Of a stretch of 64,000 nt of DNA, positions 47,569 to 56,926 are shown one piece after another. The stretch comes from Patescibacteria group bacterium (GTDB taxonomy: Bacteria; Patescibacteriota; Patescibacteriia; Buchananbacterales; UBA6539): assembly GCA_041662625.1 (NCBI GenBank), contig JBAZSB010000001.1:246467-310466 (forward strand), written 5' to 3'. Each line of letters opens with the position of its first letter. Within the stretch, counting starts at the first letter, position 1. The notes below the pieces were generated by a model. The model saw nothing but the letters and a program-made list of their open reading frames with translations, was not told where the DNA came from and did not search any database. Position numbers and translations under genes: made by a program.

Positions 47569-48609
47569 ATGAAAAAAGAATTTGACCAAATTAAAAAACA
47601 GTACCAAAAATTAGAGCAGGATTTAAGTGATCCTAAAGTTATTGGTGATAAAGAAAAACTGAAGAAAATTTCCCAAGAGTTTAATCATTTGGAGCCAATC
47701 CTCAAAAAAATTGAAGAATTAGAAAAAACGGAACGGCAAATCGCTGCTTCTCAAGCCACACTCAGTGAAGAGACTGATAATGATTTATTGACTATTGCCC
47801 AGGAAGAACTGACTAGCCTTAGTGAACTTAAAAATGAATTGGAAAAAGATATCAATGACGCTTTAAAGCCATTTGATCCGATGAATCAAAAAAATATCAT
47901 CGTGGAAATCCGGGCGGGAACGGGTGGTGATGAAGCGGCTTTATTTGCTGCTAATTTATTTAGGATGTATTCTCGTTACGCCGAAACACAGGGTTGGCAG
48001 GCAAAAATTTTGAGTTCTAATCGGACTGGAATTGGCGGTTTTAAGGAAATAATTTTTGAAATTACCGGTAAAAATGTTTATTCCAATCTTAAATATGAAA
48101 GCGGCGTCCACCGGGTCCAAAGAGTACCGGAAACCGAAAAAAGCGGCCGGGTTCATACATCTGCGGCAACAGTTGCCGTTTTGCCCGAAGCCGAAGAAGT
48201 TGATATTGCCATTAAACCAGAAGATCTAAGAATTGATGTATTTCGCTCCGGCGGCCATGGCGGGCAAAGTGTTAACACTACTGATTCAGCGGTCCGGATC
48301 ACTTACCTGCCCACTAATACCGTTGTGACTTGCCAAGATGAAAAATCACAGCAAAAAAATAAAGTTAAAGCGATGCAAATTCTACGTTCCCGGCTTCTGG
48401 CCGCTGAACAGGAAAGATTAGCCAAGGAACGAGGTGAGCAAAGAAAATCGCAAATCGGTTCCGGCGACCGTTCGGAAAAAATCAGGACTTATAATTTTCC
48501 TCAAGACCGAGTGACTGACCATCGGCTCAAAGAAAATTGGCATAATATTATGGTGATTATGGATGGCAAAATCCAGCCAATTATTGATAAACTTAAAGAA
48601 GTTGAGTAA
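47569..48609 (+). CDS. prfA: Peptide chain release factor 1
   Basis: GGDEA, PET motif (RVPETE), GGQ. Confidence 0.97.
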   Translation: MKKEFDQIKKQYQKLEQDLSDPKVIGDKEKLKKISQEFNHLEPILKKIEELEKTERQIAASQATLSEETDNDLLTIAQEELTSLSELKNELEKDINDALKPFDPMNQKNIIVEIRAGTGGDEAALFAANLFRMYSRYAETQGWQAKILSSNRTGIGGFKEIIFEITGKNVYSNLKYESGVHRVQRVPETEKSGRVHTSAATVAVLPEAEEVDIAIKPEDLRIDVFRSGGHGGQSVNTTDSAVRITYLPTNTVVTCQDEKSQQKNKVKAMQILRSRLLAAEQERLAKERGEQRKSQIGSGDRSEKIRTYNFPQDRVTDHRLKENWHNIMVIMDGKIQPIIDKLKEVE

Positions 48610-48646
48610 TAAAAAAAGGGGTGCTACCCTTTCACAAAGAACGATT

Positions 48647-49102
48647 TTAGGGGCGACGAAGGTCTGCCAACTGCTTTCTGAAAGTCGCGACTTCTTGTTG
48701 GTGTGATATCTCACGATGAGATGTCAGGTGGCGAGAATTGCAGTCGCCACGGTGAATCCAAGAAGGCAAACATTCGGGATTGTACGCACTTGGGAGTGTG
48801 TCTGTCATATGGAGTGGTCTTCGAATCAAACACCCCCCATCTTTACCACAGACGCAGCAAAGATGATTCTCGTAGGCAATCCGGCGCCTTACTGCCTGTC
48901 GGGCCTCCTCTCCCTCTGGCAGCCATAAAGCTGATTGTTCGTGCCGGTGGCGACACCGGCCCTGATGGACAGACTTTACTTCTCCAGCCGGGTTGTAGTG
49001 ACTCCTTAGTGAAGTCGCTGTTAGTGGCCAAAAAGGCCACCAAGTGATACCCTGACAGACGCAACATGTCTTACTGAATATGCCGGTTAGTTTGGGCATC
49101 AT
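48647..49102 (-). CDS. Hypothetical protein with duplicated Cys/His motif
   Basis: RBS GGAAGGGAGG; internal repeat CCVC..YNP..HxGxC..RH. Confidence 0.7.
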   Translation of the reverse strand: MMPKLTGIFSKTCCVCQGITWWPFWPLTATSLRSHYNPAGEVKSVHQGRCRHRHEQSALWLPEGEEARQAVRRRIAYENHLCCVCGKDGGCLIRRPLHMTDTLPSAYNPECLPSWIHRGDCNSRHLTSHREISHQQEVATFRKQLADLRRP

Positions 49103-49152
49103 ACAAAGGACCCTCCCTTCCTATACTATCAGCAAAGCAGGTATTTTTATTT

Positions 49153-50028
49153 ATGTCAAGGATAAAAAATAACAATAATACAAGGAATGAAATTAAAAAA
49201 ACCTTGGTTTTAGTTACCAGGTCTTTAAAATCAGCTAAAATTACAACTGCCCTACTTGATGCTGAAGTATTGCTAGCCTTTGTTTTGAAAAAGCCGAAAG
49301 AATTTTTATATACTCACCCTGAATATAAGCTAAATAAACAGCAACTAGCTCAGTTGAAACAAATGGTGAATCGGCGAGGCAAGGGTGAACCAGTGGCTTA
49401 CTTAAGAAATACTAAAGAATTTTATGACCTGGATTTTTATGTTGATAAACGTGTCTTAATCCCCCGTCCGGAAACAGAAGTATTGGTTGAAGAAGTGCTT
49501 AAGCAGTTCAGAGTTCAGAGTTCAGAGTTCAGAGCTATTGCTGATATTGGCACGGGATCTGGATGTATTGCAATTACCTTGGCTAAACATCTGCCAAAAG
49601 CTAAGATTTTAGCAACTGACATCTCTAAGTTAGCTCTAGATGTGGCTAGAAAAAACGCTAAAAAACATCAGGCTAAGATAAAATTTTATCATGGTGATTT
49701 ACTGGAACCACTAAAAAATAAAAGAATTGACATTATCGTTGCCAATCTTCCCTATTTGGATAATTACTATAAATCTTCAAAAAATCCTGGTTTAAAATTT
49801 GAGCCAAAAACCGCTTTAGAAGGTTACCAACAAGGTTTGGCAGTCTATGAAAAACTCTTCAAACAAATTGCCGGCCTAAAACATAAACCGAAAATAATCA
49901 TCTGCGAAATTGGACCAACGCAGGCGGAAAAAATGAAAAGGCTAACAAAAAAATACCTGCCTAAAAGTAAAACAGAAACAAAAAAAGACTTAGCCGGACT
50001 AAATCGTTTATTGATTACTAAGATTTAA
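49153..50028 (+). CDS. prmC: Release factor glutamine methyltransferase
   Basis: VLIPRPETE, DIGTGSG, ANLPY. Confidence 0.95.
   Translation: MSRIKNNNNTRNEIKKTLVLVTRSLKSAKITTALLDAEVLLAFVLKKPKEFLYTHPEYKLNKQQLAQLKQMVNRRGKGEPVAYLRNTKEFYDLDFYVDKRVLIPRPETEVLVEEVLKQFRVQSSEFRAIADIGTGSGCIAITLAKHLPKAKILATDISKLALDVARKNAKKHQAKIKFYHGDLLEPLKNKRIDIIVANLPYLDNYYKSSKNPGLKFEPKTALEGYQQGLAVYEKLFKQIAGLKHKPKIIICEIGPTQAEKMKRLTKKYLPKSKTETKKDLAGLNRLLITKI
49505..49532 (+). repeat. (AGTTCAG)x4 inside prmC
   Basis: Perfect heptamer tandem. Confidence 0.9.
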
Positions 50029-50093
50029 AAAAAGAGACCTTAGTCAGTCAAGCTTACCAAACCAAGGCTTCTTATGAAGCAAGGTACGAACTA

Positions 50094-50231
50094 TCAGGTG
50101 AGACGATGAATCGGACGAACTCTATCGCCCTGATAACGACCCCAAAAGTCCGGGTCTGGCTCAGGCCGATACGCCGGGATAGAGTCCATTATCGCCTGTA
50201 TGGTTGCAGCCGCTTCTGCGAACTCGTCCAT
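50094..50231 (-). CDS. Small hypothetical protein (45 aa)
   Basis: RBS AGGAGG before ATG 50231 (MDEFAEAAAT..); hairpin and T-run downstream. Confidence 0.5.
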   Translation of the reverse strand: MDEFAEAAATIQAIMDSIPAYRPEPDPDFWGRYQGDRVRPIHRLT

Positions 50232-50303
50232 AACCTGTCCTCCTATTAGACACGGGTTTATCCTTATAAATAATCTAACAAGATAATATAATTTTGGCAA
50301 ATA

Positions 50304-50345
50304 AAAAAAGACTTAGCCGGGCTAAATCGTTTGTTAATTGTTAAG
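50304..50345 (+). repeat. Duplicated 3' end of prmC
   Basis: 37/42 identical to 49981-50022. Confidence 0.85.
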
Positions 50346-50361
50346 TGTTAATTGTTAAAAG

Positions 50362-50982
50362 CTATCTATTCCCGTTTCTAATAATATTTTCCACCGCCGC
50401 CCATTTACTCTCGCCGTCATCAGGCGTCAAAATTACCACTTCATCACCTGGCGCCCCATGGAAATAAGTGACTGACGCCGTCAGCAATTTCCATTTCTTT
50501 TTGCCGTCAACCGCATACCACTCGCCGGCTTTTTCGTCCTGGACTAAAGTGGCCACCAATTGTTTTCTTTCCACCGGACCAATTTGTTTATAAATAAAAG
50601 AACCATCTTTGCGGATGGTTAATTTCAAAATATCACCTTCAACTAGTTTTGATTTCGAGGCATAATTGGCCGGCACGTTATATTCAATCCCGTCACCCCC
50701 AACCATCTTTTCACCGGTAAAAACGCCTTCGATAATCCGTTCACTGCCTTCGCTTAAATTAATAAAGCCTTCACTGGCTTCTTTAGTATCTTTAAGGCTA
50801 TCAAGTAAAGCAGCCGGATTAACATCTTTTTCATTCAATAACTTCAAAGCTTTCTTGATATTAGCTTGAGTATTTTCTAAAATATCCTTCAATAAATCCA
50901 AATGACGTTTGGTATCTTCGTCATCTAATTCTGGAGTTTCAAAGTTTTCGTCTTTTTGATTTTTTTTCTTTTTTCCCACCAT
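50362..50982 (-). CDS. Conserved-looking hypothetical protein
   Basis: IEGVFTG..YNVPANYASKSKLVEGD..YKQIGP. Confidence 0.8.
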   Translation of the reverse strand: MVGKKKKNQKDENFETPELDDEDTKRHLDLLKDILENTQANIKKALKLLNEKDVNPAALLDSLKDTKEASEGFINLSEGSERIIEGVFTGEKMVGGDGIEYNVPANYASKSKLVEGDILKLTIRKDGSFIYKQIGPVERKQLVATLVQDEKAGEWYAVDGKKKWKLLTASVTYFHGAPGDEVVILTPDDGESKWAAVENIIRNGNR

Positions 50983-50999
50983 TTTTATTTTTATTAATT

Positions 51000-51536
51000 T
51001 TATTTTTGGTAAAGATAGATTGTGGCTTTTTTTGGGTTTGGTTTATCAACGATTTTGGGCGGCCAACCGGGCAGGCTGAAGGCATAAGAAACAATCCGGC
51101 AGCCGGGTTTAGTTTCTTTTTCTAATTTTGGTTTTATTTTTTTCATGGCTGGCGGGGTCAAAAACATGCAAATGACATCAGCCTGGCTTAGATCCTGACT
51201 GAAAAAATTGGCATATTTGAGCTTAACTTTCCCCGCTAAGCCCCTTAATATTATTTTAGTATACCCTAGCAGATATGGCAAGGTAGCAATTTCAAATCCG
51301 GTCGCTTTAGCGCCAAATTCTGTTGCCGCAATGATGATAATTCGGCCATCGCCGGCGCCCAAGTCATAAACAATTTCTCCGGGTTTAACCTCAGCAATTT
51401 TCATCATTCGCCGGATGTCGTCTTTCCAAAGCGGTACCCAGGGAGCAGCAGAAATTCCACCCAAAACAAAGGTGCCGAGTATCAAAAACAAAAAAATAAT
51501 GAATAACACCCAAAAAATAAAGATTAAAACCGTCAT
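51000..51536 (-). CDS. Membrane-anchored class I SAM methyltransferase (FAM173-like)
   Basis: N-terminal TM, APWVP, YDLGAGDGR, IVSYAF. Confidence 0.88.
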   Translation of the reverse strand: MTVLIFIFWVLFIIFLFLILGTFVLGGISAAPWVPLWKDDIRRMMKIAEVKPGEIVYDLGAGDGRIIIIAATEFGAKATGFEIATLPYLLGYTKIILRGLAGKVKLKYANFFSQDLSQADVICMFLTPPAMKKIKPKLEKETKPGCRIVSYAFSLPGWPPKIVDKPNPKKATIYLYQK

Positions 51537-54106
51537 AAGGACCGCTCCAGCGGCGGATTAAATTCATCGGCCTTTCTTAAACCAAGCTGACTACGCCGCG
51601 AAACATCAGCTTCGACTTTTTTCCGGTCAGCCCCGTATTTCCAGCGGGAAAATTCTTTAATTTCCGAAGCAATATCCTTGTTGCCAATTTTAGGGGGAAA
51701 AGCATGAAAATTGAAAGCCCGCGCCGGCTGATTATCAATCAATAATCTCACATAAGCATTAAATTTTTCAATATTCATCAAATCATACTCATCAACGACT
51801 GGCGCCATTTGTTTGGCGATTTCCTCGGCATCTTCCGGGCCAATCCGAAAAGCAGCAATCGTACCGACATTACCAAAGATAGCGTCTTTAACTTTATTCC
51901 CCTGGTTTTTGCCTTCCGGTCCGCTACTTTCAGTTAATTGCCCGATATACTGATGGGCTAAAATTAAATTAAGTTTATATTTTCTGGCTTCGGCTAAAAT
52001 TGTAGCGATACTATCAGTAATAAAGTTTTGGAACTCATCAATATATAAATAAAAATCATGACGCTTTTCTTCAGAAATATCTGTTCGTGACAAAGCCGCC
52101 ATTTGAAGTTTAGCCACAATAATTAGCCCCAGCAAATTACTGTTAACTTCGCCCGTTGTACCTTTAGCCAAATTAACTAATAATATTTTTTGCTGATCCA
52201 TCACTTCACGAAAATTAAAGCCGGATTTTGGTTGGCCGATGATATTTCTGATCATTTGATTTTCCACAAACCGGCCAACCTTGGAAATTAAATAGCCAAG
52301 CATTTCTGATTTATGGAAGTCGGAAGTTTTGGCCATTTCCTGTTCCCAAAACGACCGGACCATCGGATCAGTAACTTTAGTCAATTTATATTTTTGGAAA
52401 TCTTTGTCCGTAAACATCCGAGGGATTTCGGCAATCGTGCCTGGATATTCCCGATCCGCCATCAAAGTCAGCATAGCATTTCTCATGTTATGCTCAAACA
52501 TTGGGCCAATCATTGAAGGATCGGTGACCAATTTATAAAAAATCGAAATCATTTCTTGAATCGCAAAATCCTGCTGGTCAATGGTTTCTGCTTCCAACAT
52601 ATTCAAACCAATTGGCCGCTCCATATCAGAAGGATTGAAATAAATTACATCTTCTACTCTTTCTTTAGGGACATGGGGTAAAATATCTTCAACAAAACTA
52701 CCGTGCGGATCAATGATACAGACACCTTTACCATTTTTAATATCCTGAACCGCTAAATTAATCAATAAATTAGATTTACCAGTTCCGGTCATCCCGATGA
52801 TATAAAGATGACGCCGTCGGTCGTTAGTTTTTAAATAAATATTACTCGTTACGCCGCGATAAATATTTTCCCCCAGTAATATTCCTTCCTCGCCTAAATT
52901 AGACGGCGGGGGTAATCTTTTGGCCAAAAGCCACCGGACATTTGGCGTTTCCAAATAAGGGGTGGGAAAATGAAAGAGACTGGCCAATTCTTCCGTGTTT
53001 AAAATCAATTTTTGGTTATGATGAAAAGTCCGATAAATGAAGCTACTCACAAGCTTGTTGGCTGATTCTTTAACTAATTTAAAGCTGTTGCCATATTGGT
53101 AAAAATTGAACTGAGCAAAGGAATCAACGACGCTATTGAGATGCGCTTCAGCCCTGGCTTTATCCGGCGCTGAGGCAACAATTCTAATATTGCAATCCAG
53201 GCCGGCTTTAGAGGTTTTTTCTTCTAAACCTTTAACTAATTCTTGCTCCATCGGCGAAAGAGTCCTTGGGGCTTTAACTTTTTCCGCCTCAATTTGCTTT
53301 GCGGTCTTAGTATTAAATAAATTAAAAACACTACTAAAACTCAATTTGGACATTGCTTCATTAACGGTTTTTCCTTTCTGAACTTCAGTGGCCACTCTTG
53401 AACCTTTGGCGTGCCAGCCTTTTTTAGCCGACCGGGCGATAATTTGAATCGCAACGCCGTCGGTCTTATTAATTTTGCTCAAGGAATTAGTAACGGCATT
53501 CAAGGGGTCAGTGCCCAATTTTTGGTAAGTTTTGATGGGAAAAATATAACTGCGGGTAAATTTTAAATAACCGGTTATTACCTCCTCTTGGGGCGAAAAA
53601 ATATTATAATCCTGGACTTCAGACAAATTCGCTTCGGGATGTTGGGCCAAAATTTGCTGTTCCAGATGGTTTTGTAGATATTTAGGAGCGGCGACATAAA
53701 AAGAAATTAAACCATCCCGGGCAACAATCTCAAAAGAAAAAACATCAGTCCTGCCCCAAAACCAGGCCCGTAGTCCGCGCTGGGCTTTTAGGCCACCGAT
53801 AGTTGAAAGCCAGCTTTCGGCCAAAGAAATCTGGCTGCGAATTTGCTCAATAGTTTTTTCTTGATCAGCCGATTCAGCCGATTCCTTGGGGACGGTGACT
53901 AAAAAAATTACTTTTTGGAATGCCGCCGGCAAAAAATTCCTCAATCGTAATAATGCCCTAATCAAAAAAACCAAGATAACCAAAAGTATTATCAAGGTTA
54001 ATATATCAATGGCGATAAAAAGGTATGCCTGGTTAATTGTCACTGTCGGATCAATGGTCGGATATTGGGGGCTAGGAACACCAAATTGAGTTGCCAGTAA
54101 ACTCAT
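51533..54106 (-). CDS. VirD4/TraG/HerA-like membrane ATPase
   Basis: RHLYIIGMTGTGKS, IDPHG, LYIDEFQNF, EARKY, AHQY. Confidence 0.88.
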   Translation of the reverse strand: MSLLATQFGVPSPQYPTIDPTVTINQAYLFIAIDILTLIILLVILVFLIRALLRLRNFLPAAFQKVIFLVTVPKESAESADQEKTIEQIRSQISLAESWLSTIGGLKAQRGLRAWFWGRTDVFSFEIVARDGLISFYVAAPKYLQNHLEQQILAQHPEANLSEVQDYNIFSPQEEVITGYLKFTRSYIFPIKTYQKLGTDPLNAVTNSLSKINKTDGVAIQIIARSAKKGWHAKGSRVATEVQKGKTVNEAMSKLSFSSVFNLFNTKTAKQIEAEKVKAPRTLSPMEQELVKGLEEKTSKAGLDCNIRIVASAPDKARAEAHLNSVVDSFAQFNFYQYGNSFKLVKESANKLVSSFIYRTFHHNQKLILNTEELASLFHFPTPYLETPNVRWLLAKRLPPPSNLGEEGILLGENIYRGVTSNIYLKTNDRRRHLYIIGMTGTGKSNLLINLAVQDIKNGKGVCIIDPHGSFVEDILPHVPKERVEDVIYFNPSDMERPIGLNMLEAETIDQQDFAIQEMISIFYKLVTDPSMIGPMFEHNMRNAMLTLMADREYPGTIAEIPRMFTDKDFQKYKLTKVTDPMVRSFWEQEMAKTSDFHKSEMLGYLISKVGRFVENQMIRNIIGQPKSGFNFREVMDQQKILLVNLAKGTTGEVNSNLLGLIIVAKLQMAALSRTDISEEKRHDFYLYIDEFQNFITDSIATILAEARKYKLNLILAHQYIGQLTESSGPEGKNQGNKVKDAIFGNVGTIAAFRIGPEDAEEIAKQMAPVVDEYDLMNIEKFNAYVRLLIDNQPARAFNFHAFPPKIGNKDIASEIKEFSRWKYGADRKKVEADVSRRSQLGLRKADEFNPPLERSL

Positions 54107-54111
54107 TTATT

Positions 54112-54603
54112 TTATTTTAAGTGGATTATTTTATCGGTTTTTATTTTAGCTTCTTGGCGAATAAAGAATTTGCTGACTCCGGGGATAATCTTTAGCCAAG
54201 CCAAAATCAGCTTAAAAATTTTTTTAGTTTTTACTTTAGTCTTAGCTAAAATTTTTTCAATTTGCTTAGCTGTATCTTCGCCTTTAGCTTTGAATTGTTG
54301 CCTCAGCGCCGGGTCCATCTTAAAATAGGCATCTTCTAATTCTTCTTCCAAAATACCTTCAATTTTAATCAACGCCTCACTTTTATCCAAAGGCACAATT
54401 TTTGCTGCCATTGCTGGCGGCGGGATAGGGGTTGGTTTAAACCCCGCTTCCTTTTCTTGGGCAACTTCAGCCACTCCTTCTTCTACTGGTTCACTTTCCG
54501 GCTTTACCAGCTTTTCTTTTGACTCCGGCTCAAATTCTTTTGGCGGAATTATCTCGCGCCTAGGGGTTGGTTCAGTTTGTTTTTGAAAAAATTGAGGGCT
54601 CAT
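54112..54603 (-). CDS. Hypothetical protein co-oriented with the ATPase
   Basis: C-terminal WLKIIPGVSKFFIRQEAKIKTD. Confidence 0.75.
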   Translation of the reverse strand: MSPQFFQKQTEPTPRREIIPPKEFEPESKEKLVKPESEPVEEGVAEVAQEKEAGFKPTPIPPPAMAAKIVPLDKSEALIKIEGILEEELEDAYFKMDPALRQQFKAKGEDTAKQIEKILAKTKVKTKKIFKLILAWLKIIPGVSKFFIRQEAKIKTDKIIHLK

Positions 54604-54716
54604 ATATCCTAATTATAATACAAAAAACCAAAAATTACCAGCTCTTCTTTCCTAGCAAGGCTAATTATGGTATTATATAAGTAATTTAGATACTCAATAT
54701 TATTAATTAAATCTCT

Positions 54717-55649
54717 ATGGCGACAACCCAAAAAGTGGAATTCCCTAATTTTACTTGGATTAATATTGGTAACCCAACAGAATCAGATATCAGGCAACTA
54801 GGCGAAAAATACAAATTCCATCCCCTAGATCTGAATGACTGTCTGACCCTAAGCCATCGCAGTAAAATTGACATTTATTCTAAATATACTTTTTTAGTCT
54901 TTCTTTTTCCTGTTTACCGTGAAGCAACTCGTGAGATTGTTGCCTCAGAACTTAACCTTTTCATCGGCAAGGATTATTTAATCAGCATCCACCGCGGTGA
55001 TTTGAAGGTTTTCAGTGATTTTTTTGACCTTTTTCGTCTGAGCTCAGATTTACGACAAAGATACCAGGACAAATCCCCCGAAAAGCTGCTTTATGAAATC
55101 TTAAATAAGCTTTTCTTGTATTGTTTCCCGATGATGGATCATTTAAGTGATGATTGTGACGCCATTGAAAAAGCCATCTTCTCCGGCCGGGAAAGGCATA
55201 TGGTTTCCGAGATTTTAGTTATCAGACGTAATATTACTGATTTTCGCCGGATTATGCAGGTTCATAAAAACGTTTTGAAAAAAGCCATCATCCATTTTAA
55301 AGAAAACCCAATCTATGTGATGAAAAAGGCCGATCTGTATTTTGAAAGTCTGATCGATTATGCCAAAGAAATCTGGGACAATCTAGAAAATCTTAAAGAA
55401 AGGATTGAAGCCCTCCAACAGACTAACGAATCCCAGATTTCCTTTAAGCTCTCCGACATCATGCGAATTTTGACAATTATTTCAGTCACCACTTTCCCTG
55501 TCACACTTTTAGCCACAATTTTTGGGATGAATACCATTAATGCCATGCCTTTCATGGGACATCCTTTTGGTTTTTGGATGGTAATCAGTTTAATGGTTAT
55601 TATAGTTTTCGGAATGTTAACTATATTCAAAAAAAAGGGCTGGCTGTAA
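54717..55649 (+). CDS. corA: CorA family Mg2+ transporter
   Basis: FHPL, GMN motif, two C-terminal TMs, KKKGWL. Confidence 0.93.
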   Translation: MATTQKVEFPNFTWINIGNPTESDIRQLGEKYKFHPLDLNDCLTLSHRSKIDIYSKYTFLVFLFPVYREATREIVASELNLFIGKDYLISIHRGDLKVFSDFFDLFRLSSDLRQRYQDKSPEKLLYEILNKLFLYCFPMMDHLSDDCDAIEKAIFSGRERHMVSEILVIRRNITDFRRIMQVHKNVLKKAIIHFKENPIYVMKKADLYFESLIDYAKEIWDNLENLKERIEALQQTNESQISFKLSDIMRILTIISVTTFPVTLLATIFGMNTINAMPFMGHPFGFWMVISLMVIIVFGMLTIFKKKGWL

Positions 55650-55710
55650 TCCCCTATATATTTTCCAAATAGTTTTACCCCAACACTAAAGTGTCATGGG
55701 GTTTTTATAT

Positions 55711-55739
55711 TGACAAAAATAGGATATTATGATACTTTC
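55711..55739 (+). promoter_or_regulatory. sigma70 promoter
   Basis: TTGACA-17-TACTTT with extended TG. Confidence 0.65.
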
Positions 55740-55824
55740 AAATGATGTTCATTTTGTTATAGTGATTGAGGAGAGAAGCAAGGGAATCACATTCTTCCAT
55801 TAGGAAGGAAGGAAGGAGCAAGTC

Positions 55825-56067
55825 ATGGCGAAGTTATTGTCTGATAAAGACATAGTCTGTAGACGTACAACAGGATGTCGAGGCACTGACCGGGTCAGAC
55901 GATACGCTTGTGGCTGCAGGCGAGAGACAAATGAAAATCCGCATAGCCCAGAATGTCTGGCCAGTATGCGGGTCAATAGCCGCGGCAATCGTTCCTGCGG
56001 TCAACCCGGAGAACCTGAAACACACACTGCTCGGAGACGAGCAAGGAGGTGCGCATGTCGACACTAG
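55825..56067 (+). CDS. Small Cys/Arg-rich hypothetical protein
   Basis: RBS AAGGAG; eight Cys. Confidence 0.5.
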   Translation: MAKLLSDKDIVCRRTTGCRGTDRVRRYACGCRRETNENPHSPECLASMRVNSRGNRSCGQPGEPETHTARRRARRCACRH

Positions 56068-56342
56068 CCCCTACCACAGATCTGACGAGTTTGGTCTACA
56101 CGATTCTGACAATGGCCGCGCCGGGAGCGTGGATGGAGGACGCAGTACCCGTTCTTACTGCTGCTTGTGCGGCAGAAGTATTTGGCGGGTCTACTGCCAA
56201 CGTCATCGTGATCGTTGGCAATCATGGCCTTGATGACATCAAAAAGGCCCTGGGGTTGTCCACCGACACCTTGGGCTTTACACACGAAGTTATCGATGGC
56301 CAAACCGCAAGCCAGCGCGGACTACTCCCGCCACAACGATAG
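56055..56342 (+). CDS. Small hypothetical protein
   Basis: RBS AAGGAGGT before ATG 56055. Confidence 0.6.
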   Translation: MSTLAPTTDLTSLVYTILTMAAPGAWMEDAVPVLTAACAAEVFGGSTANVIVIVGNHGLDDIKKALGLSTDTLGFTHEVIDGQTASQRGLLPPQR

Positions 56343-56361
56343 ACAGGAAGGAAAGCAAACG

Positions 56362-56559
56362 ATGCAGATCCCAGAATTCGGAGTAGCAGACTGCGACGGA
56401 CAGAAACGTCCGGTCAGGGTGACCAAGGTGGCCATAAGCGTCGAATTCCTCGACACACACGAAAGTGGCGAGGTCACGGCTGAACAAATCGTTCACACTT
56501 CCTGGAGCGGAGCTGATGCAGCCAACGACGCCAAGGCTCTGAGCGAAAAGCAGCCATAG
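56362..56559 (+). CDS. Small hypothetical protein (65 aa)
   Basis: RBS AGGAAGG before ATG 56362; terminator follows. Confidence 0.6.
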   Translation: MQIPEFGVADCDGQKRPVRVTKVAISVEFLDTHESGEVTAEQIVHTSWSGADAANDAKALSEKQP

Positions 56560-56576
56560 TCCCTCCCCCTCCTCAC

Positions 56577-56632
56577 TGCGAAGAGCCCCGCGTCTGAACT
56601 GTAATGGTTCGGACCGGGGCTCGCATTTTTTT
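56577..56632 (+). terminator. Intrinsic terminator
   Basis: GAGCCCCG..CGGGGCTC followed by a T-run. Confidence 0.75.
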
Positions 56633-56926
56633 ATTAAAAAATTGGAACTAACTACCGCAACCAACCCAAAAATTTTTAAATTTAAATCAATAATGATGGT
56701 TCAAGGGATGGGGGTTTGGGGGTCAACTTTGAGCCCACTGCGAGCCGGAAGAGATTTGATTGGCGTTAAAGGCGAATAGTTGACCCCCAAAACTTTTGGT
56801 TACTTTTGGTTACAAAAGTAACCCCTGCCGGAGGCAAAAGCTAAAAAGTAGGTTAGAGATTTGATTGGCCTGGGTGATAGAAAGAGAAAAATAACTTATT
56901 AGAGCTTATAATCATTAAAGAAACAT

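Noticed and set aside
51533-54106. Conjugative element suggested by the VirD4-like ATPase
   Set aside because: No relaxase, integrase or other T4SS genes; composition matches the core genome
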